Positions 38,785 to 52,176 of a stretch of DNA of 64,000 nucleotides are shown here, one piece after another; the stretch's first letter is position 1, and each line of letters starts with the position of its first letter. Origin of the DNA: Lingula anatina (taxonomy: Eukaryota; Animalia; Brachiopoda); the NCBI GenBank assembly GCA_051362555.1, contig CM120641.1, forward strand, positions 4,216,001-4,280,000, in the 5' to 3' direction. Made by a program: the position numbers and the translations under genes. The notes under the pieces are model-generated. The model saw only the letters and a list, made by a program, of their open reading frames with translations, did not search any database and had not been told where the DNA came from.

Positions 38785-39844
38785 TTATTGGAAGGAAAAA
38801 TTGACACATTGTGTCCAAATACAATGAATTTGTAATTTTAAATTAAAAGATGTAAACATTTCAGGTTTTAGATGTTTTAACTGGATAGTGTATGAAAAAA
38901 ACTTACATGAGATATACGTGAGATAAAGTGCCAAGGCCCTTAATGGCTGTGGGGATGACTGGAATTCAAAAATTGATTTGAAAATGGTTTTGTGTACCAC
39001 ATATTTAGCAAAACTTAGCATGATGCACATCTTCAATGAAAAGTCTGGGAAACATTTTAACAGAGTATTTCCCACAACATCAAGCATTTGCTTGCTTCCA
39101 ATTTTAAACATTTGTCTTCACAATTTTTTTCTTCTATTTGATCTAAAAATGAGTCTTTTGACAAATTCCAGCTTTAACTATATTCTCCAAAAGAAAACAT
39201 GAACTGTCACTTGCCTTTATGTCAATGATGTAAATGAAAAATGACCAAAAAAATCATAGTATATAAGCTGCATGGATGCAGTGAACAAAAAGTTAAAAAA
39301 AACAAACCAATAAGTTAGTGAATATTTTCCTAAGCAAATTAAATATTTGACCGCAGTCTTTCACTGTACAACTGTAAAAGCTGTTAATTAAATAAATAAT
39401 GGTGGGTGCCACCCGATAATAGTATGCAAGGGGAAAGCAAATTCTTTCAACAACTTCGCTGTTAAGATATGGCTTATCCAAGATCTGATCCAAGGATCTC
39501 CATTTTGATAAAATAACAAAAAAGCTATCAGAAACTGAAACATGTCACATTTTAATGTTAAGAAAGAAAACTTAAATTGTGTGTTTGGAGTCTTTTATAA
39601 TGCCTGCCATCATTTAAAGGTATCCTATCAGGGGGCTCTCATGCCAAATCATCTTGTCTTGAGTTGGGTAAAATGAGACTTGCAGGGCAAAAATAACTTT
39701 TGACCTTTTCAAATGAATGCAGGATACCTTTTAATTGATGAACAAAACCTTCTGGTTAAATGTCTTAAATATTATAATTATTAAACACACTAAAGTTTAA
39801 ATGTATGGATTAATTATCAGTCAAAAGCCCTGGTATGTGATGAG

Positions 39845-42800
39845 CTACAGATTTTCCCACTGGAAACTCAGTAAGTTTGAGTTGGTCTCCAAAGTATGTG
39901 CAATTTCCTCTGGTATTGTATGGTTTAGCCACATTCTTTGGATCTTCTCATAACTCTCATGACTGAGCTGGAGTGGGTTTCCTCGCCTTGAAAACAAAAG
40001 AGAAATTTAGACCACTAATAGATGTAAACCCAGCAGTTAAATCGGACTCGATTTCAAGATGCTGGCTTATCAATGACTTTTTAACATTATTCTATAAGAA
40101 ATTACACAAACATTTAAGATCAAAATATAAGTTTATGTTGAGCCAATAAAAATGGGTAGCCATCAGATTTTTTTATAATGGGAAAGGCATACTTATTTTC
40201 AAATGCATACTTTATAATATTGAAGTGGACAATTATGGATATATTTTAAAGTTGAAAAGATCAAATATTTGGTCTAAATGTTGAGACCAACTTAAAGTCT
40301 ACCATTCTTATGCCAAACCAACCCCTGGCCTAAGACCCCAGATTCATCTGTCAGATTTTTCATTCTCCAAATACTTCCTCATGTGTAACTGATTACTTTA
40401 TTCTGAGATAAAGAGAAAATTATAACTGAGCATTACCTCAATCCTTGATCTGTTTCTCCATATTCGTCTAAATATGGAGGAGGGTAAAAGCAGCCTCTCA
40501 GACTGGATTTTCCTGCCATAAGCAGCACCTGGCAATCACGAACTCTGAAATGACAGATCATGAAATCCAAACTAAAAAATTTTAAGCACACTAATTTTTT
40601 TCAGAAACTCTGAATCCTATGTATTATGCATTGACAATAATTCTTCATTTATCATTTTGAATTATATGACTGGCTAACATAATCTTTGTTCGTTTTCCGC
40701 CTGAAATGCATTAACTTTACATACCTCAGGAATATTCCAACACCAGCTCCACATGTTTCAGTATGCTCGGTGGCAGCACCTATAGTTTGACCGTCCCGAG
40801 TCACCTGACAGCAGTAACTCTGAGAGCACAGTAACTGACCACATACCAAACACATGGTGGGGGCACGGCTCTCATCACTGTCTGAATTTGGGCAACTACA
40901 ACACAAACACACATAAAAAATTATATACACATACTACAGAATGCATTGAAACTTTTATGTTAAAACAGTTGCCACAGATTTAAACTACCCTCTACCAGGG
41001 CGAGTGATAGATTTTTTACAGATATTCACAGATATGTCTCTAGCTAGATAGATGGTCATTTAAGGCTCAACTCACCCTGTTGAGGAATCTCAAGGCTGAT
41101 TACATGGCTGATAATTGTTTGCATAACAGCTCAGGCACTGCCACTTAGCAGGTCCAGTCTAAGTCTGCGTGACAGCAATCAAGACAGTTAATTACTCTGA
41201 CTTCAATCACTTACTCTACTGTGACAGATAAAAGAGCCTTAGACTGGTTGCGTAATGAGCAGTTATCACATCGTTGTGAAGCTCAGCTCATGCAGAGCAA
41301 GTACAAAGCCTTTGGCGCGCGCACAGAGATAATTGTTTCCACATGGGATTCCTCAACAGGGTGAGTTGAGCCTTAAATGACCATCTATCTAGCTAGAGAC
41401 ATATCTGTGAATATCTGTAAAAAATCTACCACTCGCCCTAGGAGAGGGTAGATTTAAACATGTCCCAATCACCAAATGAAAACAAACTGGCATCTGTTAA
41501 TCAAAGAAAAAAGTTGTCTGTACATGCATGTGCTTTCAGAGGCATGTGCCATCACTGTGTAACTGAACCTGGCAAACTTACTTGAACGTGGACACTTTGT
41601 TAATCAGATCACTGAAGTCCACTGGCAGTTTGACCAGCTGGTAGTCCACACGTGGGTAAGTGACCAGAGTGGAGGGGGATTCTGACAGGTGGTCCTGGAC
41701 ACACTGGTCTGTACACCAACTGAAAGAAACAAGACTGATGTGTTTTTTTTTTCAATTTTTTTCCCTTAGTTATGAAACTTAAGCTATGCATGAGTGGATT
41801 TTTACACTTGATCACCAGTATTTTTTTCCTCTAAAGTATTCTGCATAGGACAAATGGTGTCCACATAGGGGTGAAAAGTTCTCACACATGACACGACTTT
41901 GTAATAGTTTCTTTATTCTTACCTAGTAATGAGACTATCTAAGACTGGAAGGTACTGTCCCAGTATTGCATTGACTGAGGTAGGCAGGCAGAGATATTTA
42001 CAGATGCATTCAAATTCATCCCCTCCTACTTCTGAAGTAAAATTTGCTCCTGTTACTATCATTCATAGCCAAAGCCTTATTCTTTTACTTCAAATAACAT
42101 AAACATTATTTTTTCTAAAAAAAATGAAAATGGTACAAATATTTTATGTAACTGCTACCTGGCTTAAACAAAGCTGACAGATTACTATTTTTTCTTTTCT
42201 TTTTCTTAAAATAAATTAGAAAAGTACATACCATACAATGCACTTGGGGGTGAAACAGCACTAACAAGGTGAAAGAAGATGGCAGCACAACGCAAGAAGG
42301 GCAAACACGCCTCTTTGATATGACTGTTTAAGTGCCATGGGAAAGGACTCAATTCCGTATCCAGCCTACAAAATGTGTTGAGTTCCAAGTTTAGATCAGT
42401 TTTGGTGATTTTTTAATAAAAAATATTTAACATATTTCACCTTAATAAAAAGCAGACGCACATCTGAGAAAACAATATATAAATATGTGTATAAAATATT
42501 CAATATTTGATTTCAATAAAATATCAAAAACAAAAAATAATCTGCACACCTACCCTGCTTTAGCCCTGACATCATTGTACATTCTCAATAAGCTGGCTTC
42601 CTCAGTGTCCCCTTCCAACTCTAGCTCCATGGGTTCTGAAAGAGTGTCAACCATTTTAACTTAAGTGCAATCTGCATGACCAATAAATTAGAATAAGAAA
42701 GGTTTGGAATGTTGACTTTGGGTTAAGGGGTAGTGAACTAATTAAAATCCCACCTTTATTGCCCTTGGTGCATAGCAATAAACAGGATGTTTATATAAAT

Positions 42801-45800
42801 GTTGTCCTTAGTCTTTTCAACAGAATAAACTACATAAGAACTTTCGGAAGTAGAGATCTCATTTTTTCAGCAGCAGCACAAGAATGGAAAACATCCATGC
42901 AATACTTCAGTCAATAGTCAATCAAAGTAATATTCAGAACATAAGTAATCTGAACCAAAATAAACCAAATATCAAACCTCATAGACATTACAGACTGTTA
43001 TAAATTACAACTTTCCAGGTGACTTACCAACAATTTGGAAGTCTGCTGATAAGATGATCTGCACCATGTGAGCAGTTAATACCAGCTCCAATAGATGGAG
43101 GTCATTGAGACCCGCAGTGGACAAACTGCACACGGTGGGGGTGTTATTCTCTGAGTACAGTATTGGCATGGAGACACATGCTTTCACCATGTAGTGGAAC
43201 ATATCTATCTCCAGTAGACATGGGTGACTCCATGGCTTCTTCTCTGTTGACTGCAGTATTAAGCCTGTGGGTTGGAAACCAGTGAGAATATGAAAAGTTG
43301 AACAAGGTTCTGGTATGGTACATAGATTTCTGAATGATTTAATCTCCAGTTAGGTAAAAAGTATTAGGTATCTGAAGGACACCAGACAACGCTGGACTAC
43401 CTCGTGATCAAGTTGACAAATGCTCTCATACAGAGAGATTCTAGACTGTAGGTGAGATATTGTGTTAAGATGTGACATAAATACAATAACACAGTATGTT
43501 CTTAAATAATGGGAGACAGTATAGTAGCTCTACTTATATACTGTAATGAATTGATCTTTTCAATGTGAAAAAATTGTTAATCTTTCAGATACATCATTTT
43601 AAAAATCATAAAAATTAAATTTCTATACAGCATTTGTGTTACTTTTGCATACAAACAAACTATAGGGTAGCCTGCTTTTTAATGTTGTTGCTTCCACTCA
43701 ATGGGAATGTTTAAAGAAATTATGACTTAAAAATACAGTATCTGCTATCAGGTCATTACCGTTCATGTTGACCTAGCACTGACCTGACAGTAACCTCACA
43801 CAGTTCTGTTTGACCACCTCCGGTTGGGTCACCTGACCACTCACACACGCCACCTTCACCAACGCATTCAGACAATCAAGTTGACGAGAGGAGAGAGAAC
43901 CAAACAGAGGCTTGCTGTCCTCTCGCAGGCAGTTATCTGTAATAGATTGCAAATTAACAAATGTTACTAAATACCTAAAAAATACAATCAATACAAGAGA
44001 GAAAAAAGAAATGTCAAGAAATTATTCTAACTTGTTAACCATCTCAATTCAACACACATCTATTTCAAGATAAGTTTTTCATATTTACATATGAATGAAG
44101 TAAACCCCTTTCACTTGTTAGCATACCTATTCCTTTATTTCTATATTAAACTACTTCAATGTATTTAAATAAATATTACAGATTACCAAATATTAAGATT
44201 TTCTTTTTGTTTTACCTATGGCCTGAATGGTGAAGGCTAGAGTACTCCATGGCATCTGTGGGATGCGGTCATTACTGTCATCTGGAAGCACTCCTACACC
44301 AATCTGAAACATATATCAACATTCATTAAAAGACAAATCTGCAGAGATTCACTGATGAATGACATAAATAAATGGCTGAATGGGGCATGGATTACTCATA
44401 AGTAAACTGAAGTAAAAATAGTATCTGCAATCCTTTTTTTTTTTTTTTTTTGTATAAGCTTTTTTAACTTACTGCATAAGTGTCCCTTGAAAATTTCTTC
44501 AGCATTTGAGAGATAGACTCAGAAAAATAATTGCTGAAAAAATTGATAAGATTCATATATATGCAAGCATTCATAAATTCCAATTCTTTCATAAAACAGT
44601 GTCTAAGTTATTACACTTGTTACCAAAAAAATTAGCATTTATCAGTTTGTCTCAATTTACACAGAGACTTAAAAACATAATGTGCTAATCAATAATCATT
44701 TCAAAAATCATTTGTCTCTAACATAAATTTCAAAATTTCCAAAACTGTTTTTTTCTTTTCTTCTCACCTGCCATCATCTGTAATATATTCAAACAACAAA
44801 TTAAAGTTCCTAGCTACACTCTCTGTCATCATCTTAGTGATAGAGGACAACGGACAAGGTGTGTATAACAATCTTTCCTCTGAAATAACAATAAAAAAAT
44901 ATACATATGAACTACTTTCTTTAAAAAAAGTTTATTAAACTTGACCTTAAAATTCATTGCTTCATATTCTACAAGAAGGACATTTTTTATAAAAAATGCA
45001 GCAGTAAAAATGTAATGATGATGAAGTCACATTTACAACAGGACAAACTCAGACTTCAAACAGTCTTAGTAACGGCACTGAGTGACCCAGGCCACATACG
45101 GTATCATAGAACTTCTAGACCAATATTTCATTCTATAATTTGATCTAAGATGAGTCAAAAGTCCAATGAAAAGTTTTTATGGCTATAGTTTTAGACCAAC
45201 AGTTGATCTATTTTTAGGGGACATCTACACACTTATTCTTAACTGAAGTTCTTTGTACTCTACATGAATAACATAATGGCAGCTTTTGCTCTGGGTAGAT
45301 CTGTAATCTGTCTTGTATTTACCTTCTGATTCTTTCTCCTTGATTGCCTTTATGCTTGCTCTAACAGTTTTCTGTAGCCCATCTATCCAGTCACCAAGAC
45401 TGAGATGAATTGCTGTAGTGCTACTGAAAAATGCCACGGTAAAATGTTGCAGTGGTAATAAAAATCGTAAAATAATATGTTGATCCTATATGTAGAAATG
45501 GTACTGTTACAAGCTCACTTTAGAGTACCCTTTTTTTTCGTGTCTAGCTGTATGAGATACCAACAAGTTTTCTAAAAGAAAATAAAGAAAAGTAAAAAGA
45601 AAAAATCAAGACTTAAAATTACTGTTCTGTATGATAATTCACAAGAAAAAATCAGGTATGCAGTGCTTTTGTTGAGAAAGCTGAAGGGGAAATATGCTGA
45701 AAGTCTCAGCAAATCCCAGTTTTATGAACTCCCATGGACTCACCCTTCTCTGACTAATGTCTGTAGTGGTGGTATGATGGGAATCACAGTGTTGCTTATT

Positions 45801-48800
45801 GTTTCACACAAAGGACACAGGAACTCTCCCCTCTCTATATGATAACTCAGCCTGTGTCGAAAACGGAGGATGCGCCTCCTTTCCTTTGCCAGCACTGAGT
45901 CAAAGAAGCTGTAAAATGACAAACATGCACTTGACATAAATACACTGATTTTAAAAGGCATTACAAAAAACTACAAAAGAACACTTACAAAATCTCTTTT
46001 AAAGGATAATTTCAATTTTCACAAAAGAGCCAACACATAATTGTTAAATCCATTTTTTTAGATAATCAACATCCACAGAAAATTATTTTTCTTCAAGCAT
46101 CCAAAATGACAGCCAATGGAGAGTGTTTACTAGCTCTTCCTCCTTTGACAAGTCTCAATACCTAGAAACTCACATAAAATTCGGTTTATTTTTTAAAAAA
46201 TACAATGGAAAAAAGAAGGGAAAAAAGACCATGGTCCTAGTCAGCTTACCTTTGCCAGCAGTCTGAATGCATCACATGGCCACACGTGCTGGTGTAAGCC
46301 CCACAGAACAGGTCAGGTGGCATGAACAGAGGGTCATACTCATCCGTGTCTTCAACCCTTTTACCTCGGTTCTTGGATAATACTGAAGATCTAGAATTAT
46401 ATAGAAGACAATTATAATAAATGTGCAATGTGCAATGTCTTTTCTGGATTGTGTATTTCACACAGGCATGCACAAAAACACACATCAGTATCTGGGGTGG
46501 CGCTAGGAATTTTTTTTCGTGTAGCCAAATTACCACCTTTTCATTGCTTTTTTGTCCAAATGGTTTAGATTTGATTAAAATAAGTCATATCAACCCCATT
46601 TTGTTGAGTCAATTTCAGTCAATTGTAGCATTTGGCTAAATTGGCGAGTGTTAGCGCTACCCCAGAGTATTTCCTTGGCACAAACTAGTTAAATCTACAT
46701 TCAGTTGGAAAGTTTTGAAAGGAGATATGGGTACTAGTCAAAAGTATGCATTGTAACTAAATAAAAAGGATATATCTTAGAAAATTAGAATATATCTTTG
46801 GATATATCTTTGAGAAAATTATTGAACTGCCCTTTGAACAGATAATTCACCTTTGAACAAAGACAGCCAGTACTAGAGCTCTCTCTCCCTGTCCCACCTC
46901 TTGCTCTTCTTGACACAGTATGCAGGTGTGGGTAATGGCTGCTGCCGCCATACTACTACTTCTACTGGGACCCAAACATACTGGGGACTCCACGGCAACT
47001 GGCTCACTGTAATGTTCATATAAGACTCATTCTCAATGAAACTATCATTCTACATAGATTGATCCAAATCTGCAGGGACTTTCACTGAATGCAGTCAGTT
47101 TAACACGCCGCCTCCTGGTGTTGAGTAGAATACAGAAAAGCTGACAGCTATAGAAGTATGTTGGAAACAAGAGGAGGCGTGTTAATTCTCTTAATCTGAT
47201 TGCAATCAGCAAAAGCCCTAGTGGCGTTGGATTGATCTATGTAGATCTATAGTTTCATTGGGAATTAGCGCTTTCTTTAGTCAATGTACATTGTTCATCA
47301 CTCAAAGACCACTTTCATCATTATGGGAGAACATTTATGTAATACAAATTTCCCATGTTTTAGCATGAAATAAAATCCTGGGGCTAACCTAATGTCCATG
47401 TCAGATACAGCTGCTTTGAGTTCAGTACTTGTGCTCTCAAACAACTCGGCATTCTCCTGTATGAAGTTCTTCTGCATTGCCGACATTTGTGCCATGATTC
47501 GGGCTCGGCGCTTGGCCGCTATCTCCTTGCGTTTCTTCTCCTGTTGCTCTCTCTCATCAATGACAGCAGTTGTTTTGGTTGCTATGTCAACAGCTTCAGA
47601 TGATGCTGACTCATCTTTTAATGCTCTAACTTCAGCAAATGTCTAGAATCAAATAACATTTAGTTAAGAGAAATAAGATGTCTAAAATAACATACATTTT
47701 GTTATCATATAAAAACCTATGCTTGAATCTGAGAAGTTAAAGAAATTAAGAATATTCCACAACTTATTGAAAATTTCAGAAAAGACAGCTATTTTAATAA
47801 CTGTTACAATTCATGACAGCTATTTTGCAAGTATGCACAGGTGCTTGCTGCAAAATCTTCCCATGAACCTACATTATACTGCTGATGCTTATTAAATTGT
47901 TTACCTTCAGGGTCCATGAAAGAAGATCCTTCTGTGTATCATGGGAAATATTCTGATGTCCAACCAAGGATTCAAGAGTAGAGTGCAATGAATTTTCATT
48001 CCCTAGAAATCAGAAAGGTGTGAATATCAAATCTAAAACATACAGAATGTTCCTATAGCTTGGACTCAAAGGAAATGTCAGGGGCACCCTACATACACAT
48101 GTATAATTTCAACATCCTAAAAATTCATATTGGGTGTTTTCTGAATGACTGATATTATTTTTTATCTAAATGACTGAATTTACTCAATAAACTACAATTA
48201 AAGAATAAAAACACCGTGTCTGCCATAAGGGGCACTAGAGGGTTGAAAAAAGAATATTGTGAATATGCCACTGATAATGGTTACCTTTCATAGCTTTTTC
48301 AACAAAGTTAAAAGATTCTTCTCCTCTATCATGAGCTCTCCTGTCTTCATGAAGGGCCAAACCAATAAGGTGTAAGACCTGGTAAAAAAGACAGAATAAT
48401 ACTTCTTTGTGTGATGTTATCTTCAACAATTTGAGCCTGCAAATTGACACCATTAAAATCAGGAGCAGAAGGATGCCGTCTTCTGGGTCTTCCAGAAAAC
48501 GTTCAGAATTTTTCAAGTTTACCTTGACAGGCATCTAATTTTTTTGTCAGAAGACCATCAAAAATGAAGGATGGATCAACAAAGATAAACTGGAAGACTG
48601 TCAGAAAAAAATGCCTGGATCTGGCCCTGAAAATTACAACTTAATGACACTAAGGTTAATCAGAAACAAATCATATCTGAAGGACTTACCCTCTCCAGCT
48701 GTGCCTCAGACCACGACCTGGACCAGGTAGCTGCTGTCCTGTGGAGGACAGTTTTCATAATGTGAAGCATCACATCACACTGCAGTAAGTTCACACAGGG

Positions 48801-51800
48801 CTGGAAAGCTGCTGTGAATGGAGGAGGCACGGGTGGAGGAAGGGCTGAAATTTGCAGATTATATATAGTACGTGGTGTTTTTCTAGCAGAACTATGACTT
48901 GCTTGTGACGCCTCTTTACAATAACATCTCTTTTTCTTTGCAAATGCTTGAACAGCTATAAAAACATCCTAAATGGTGTTTCGATAACTTAGCTGAGATA
49001 AGATCCAATTTATTCATACATCTTACCTTGGTCTTCCCCAGCCTGTTTTTTCCTTTTCCTTTGTTCTTCTTCAGACTGAAATTATAAAAGATAAATGTGA
49101 GTAGTCACAGTGTGTCACACATATTCAACAAAACACTACTAAAACAAATAAGAAATTTTATACAGTTAATATTTCAAAAATCCCTCAAATAGTTTCAGTT
49201 CTACATAAGCAAATAAACCCTGCTAATTTGTTGGTCTCTGTACAGGTAAGTACCTTGGATTGCTCTGCTTTGGTATAGTGATAGAAAAAAGGACTGTAGT
49301 CTTTGTAGAACTCTGGCTTTAGTTCATACAGACCCTTTCCACTGTCTGATTTCTTGCTGTAATAGAGATTTAGGCTTCTGTTGAAGCAAACACAGAAACA
49401 AAACAGAACAGAAGAATATTCTAAGCTCTGAAAACCTATGAATTTCATATTTGTTTGAACAATCTTTTGAGACAAAAAAGGGCTATGCACTTCTATTGCA
49501 GCTACTAGCCATGAGTAAAATACTACTACTTTCATTACAATCAGCACTGCATGTGAGAGATTGATTCTTACCAAAAGTCAGCCACCTTGTGCACATTCTC
49601 TTCAATACCAGTCTCATGATTTGCCTAAGAATAGAATACAGCATCAAAATTAATTCATATACATCAAAATAAAACAATTCATTTTGTCTGGGGCATCATT
49701 ATTAACGAGTATGACAATTCTCATTAAAAAAACTAACTCTGAATCCCTCCCCCCTTCTTATTAAAACTATATAAAACTTGACTAAAATGAGAAAAGATTG
49801 ACAACTGGTTAACAACCAACGACTCACATCTTCAGGCATTGCCTTCTCCAGCTCACTGTGTGCCATGGGCTTGAGACAAAGCTGGTGAATGAGCTCTCTC
49901 TGGATACCCTCATCCTTACTGACCTCTCCTATACCCTGGCAGTAACGCTCACCTGTGAACATAGCAAGATAAATAAATAAAGATAAGGTAAGAACCCTTT
50001 AAGCCTGCATCAGGACATCTGAGTCATGTGGGCAAAATTCAGTCTGCAAAATTGGCTACAAATACAAGGCAGCTGACTTCTAACTTCTGGTTGTAAAAAA
50101 AAAAATAGATTTTTCTTTGACCAGATAAAATTCAAGCAGTCATATTCAATTTACTATATGCTGTCTATACATAGATTGACTGATGAATTTAAACTATGAC
50201 AACCCCTTTAAATTTCTAAAGTGGGTTGAAATGTTATTGGTGCATACAGGTAAAGTTTATTAGAAAATGACTTAAGTCATTTCCTGATTGCTGAGGAACT
50301 CCCAAGCATATTTCAGTCAAAACCCAGGACTTCATTCTAGACTGTTAGTAGGATGTTATAGTTTATCACATTCTGACTTAACATTGCATTTACTTAGTAA
50401 ATACTTACTCAGTATAATGATCAGTAGGTAAAGGAATTCCTCTGCCAGTGTAATGGTATATTTAACAGTGTACTTACTCAGTATAATGATCAGTAGGTAA
50501 AGGAATTCCTCTGCCAGTGTAATGGTATATCTAACAGTGTACTTACTCAGTATAATGATCAGTAGGTTAAGGAATTCCTCTGCCAGTGTAATGGTATATC
50601 TCACAGTGTCATCCTGGGTGCCAGTGTTCCCTCCTCCAGGGGTATCATATTCATCCCTGAATTATAACAACAAAACCATTGTAAATGAAATAATTCTTAT
50701 TTTACTAACAAGAAAATAGTTGAAACTTAAATAACTCATGTTAATCATTCAGTTGGCTTTGTCACAATCTCCCATCATACTCAACTCAAGAGTAATGAAG
50801 AAAAAAATACCAATTTTGGTTTGGGATTGTAAATGACACATGGTGAAAAAAGTAAAATATTGTAATAATTAAGGTATTTAAAATTTATGAGTAATTACTA
50901 TATCTTCCTTACAGACTATATATAATAAATAACCTGTAAAATTTAATCCAGCAAACCGTACAATGTGACAGATAATCCTAATACTCACTTCACCCATTGC
51001 AGGAGTCCAAATTTATTCATGACATGTACTATGAAGTGATTGCTGTCTATGGAGGATGCCCCTGCCTGCAGCATGATGATATCCTTGTCATACATCTGTG
51101 TTCTACATCGCACGTTCAAGTAGAAATAGATCTGCAAATGCAACACAAAAGACGTATATTGTACTTTTAACAATAGTACCTCCATAAAAAAAGACAATAT
51201 TATGTAAAATTTGGTATATGAAGAGTGAAAAATGTGTTCTTGGCATACAAATATTTCCAACAAATTTCATATCTCGTAGATGTGCCAGATTCCACTATAA
51301 AATACCCCAATTCCACTTTTTCAATACCCTACTTGTTCTGTACAACTGTTTCACTCACACAAGTTAAAGACATAAAATAATTACCTGTCTTAAAATATCA
51401 AAATTTTTCTAAAAATTACACAAGTTAAAGACCTAACTTACATGTCTTATGATGTCAGATTTTTTCTAAAAATTACACAAATTAAATACATAAAATAATA
51501 ATGTGTCTTATGATATCAGAATTTTTCTAAAAATTACCTGGTTGAGCAAAGAAAACCCATTTCTCCTCCACATGCTAGCCTGGGTCTGTGCCACAAGTAC
51601 CTGAGCTCTGAGAGGCAGTTCTATCAAATCCACCATACTCAACTTGGGCTGGAAAACAACCAAACCCATTTCTTGTCTTTCATGCACAAAACTACCTTAC
51701 CCATCACAATTTTTTTCAATATAATATGGGGCAAGTATACAACTTGGTAAAATGAAAACGAAAAGGAATTAATACCGAATTCACTCCAGTGCACTACATG

Positions 51801-52137
51801 TGCGGGAGGCATACAGGAAAGTGGATGAAGAATGCTTGATTTTCTAAACTTTAATCCTCCAAGGATAACATAACTTTTAAAAATAATAATAGTAATACTT
51901 TAAAAAAACATTACTGTCGTAATTACTGTGACCAAGTCACAGTTGTTTTTACCTCAAATAAAAGTTCTGGCGATGAAAAAGTCAATCTATATTTTTCTAG
52001 ATACACATGTAGTCCTGAAAAGGGATAGAATTTTGAAATCTCAGTGACCATGGTGCTATATTTCTAAAATAAAACAGAATCTTATATAATGAAAGCATCT
52101 AACAAACTACACTCCTTTTTGACATTTCCTACAAAAA

Positions 52138-52176
<39 letters not shown>

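Noticed and set aside
44304-44767. Apparent frame mismatch suggesting UBR is a pseudogene
   Set aside because: Resolved by a small exon at about 44473-44533 ([20 protein letters not shown]) that restores the phase.
45015-45081. C/D-box snoRNA-like ATGATGA...CTGA
   Set aside because: It is antisense to the host UBR transcript, has no convincing terminal stem, and such motifs are frequent by chance.
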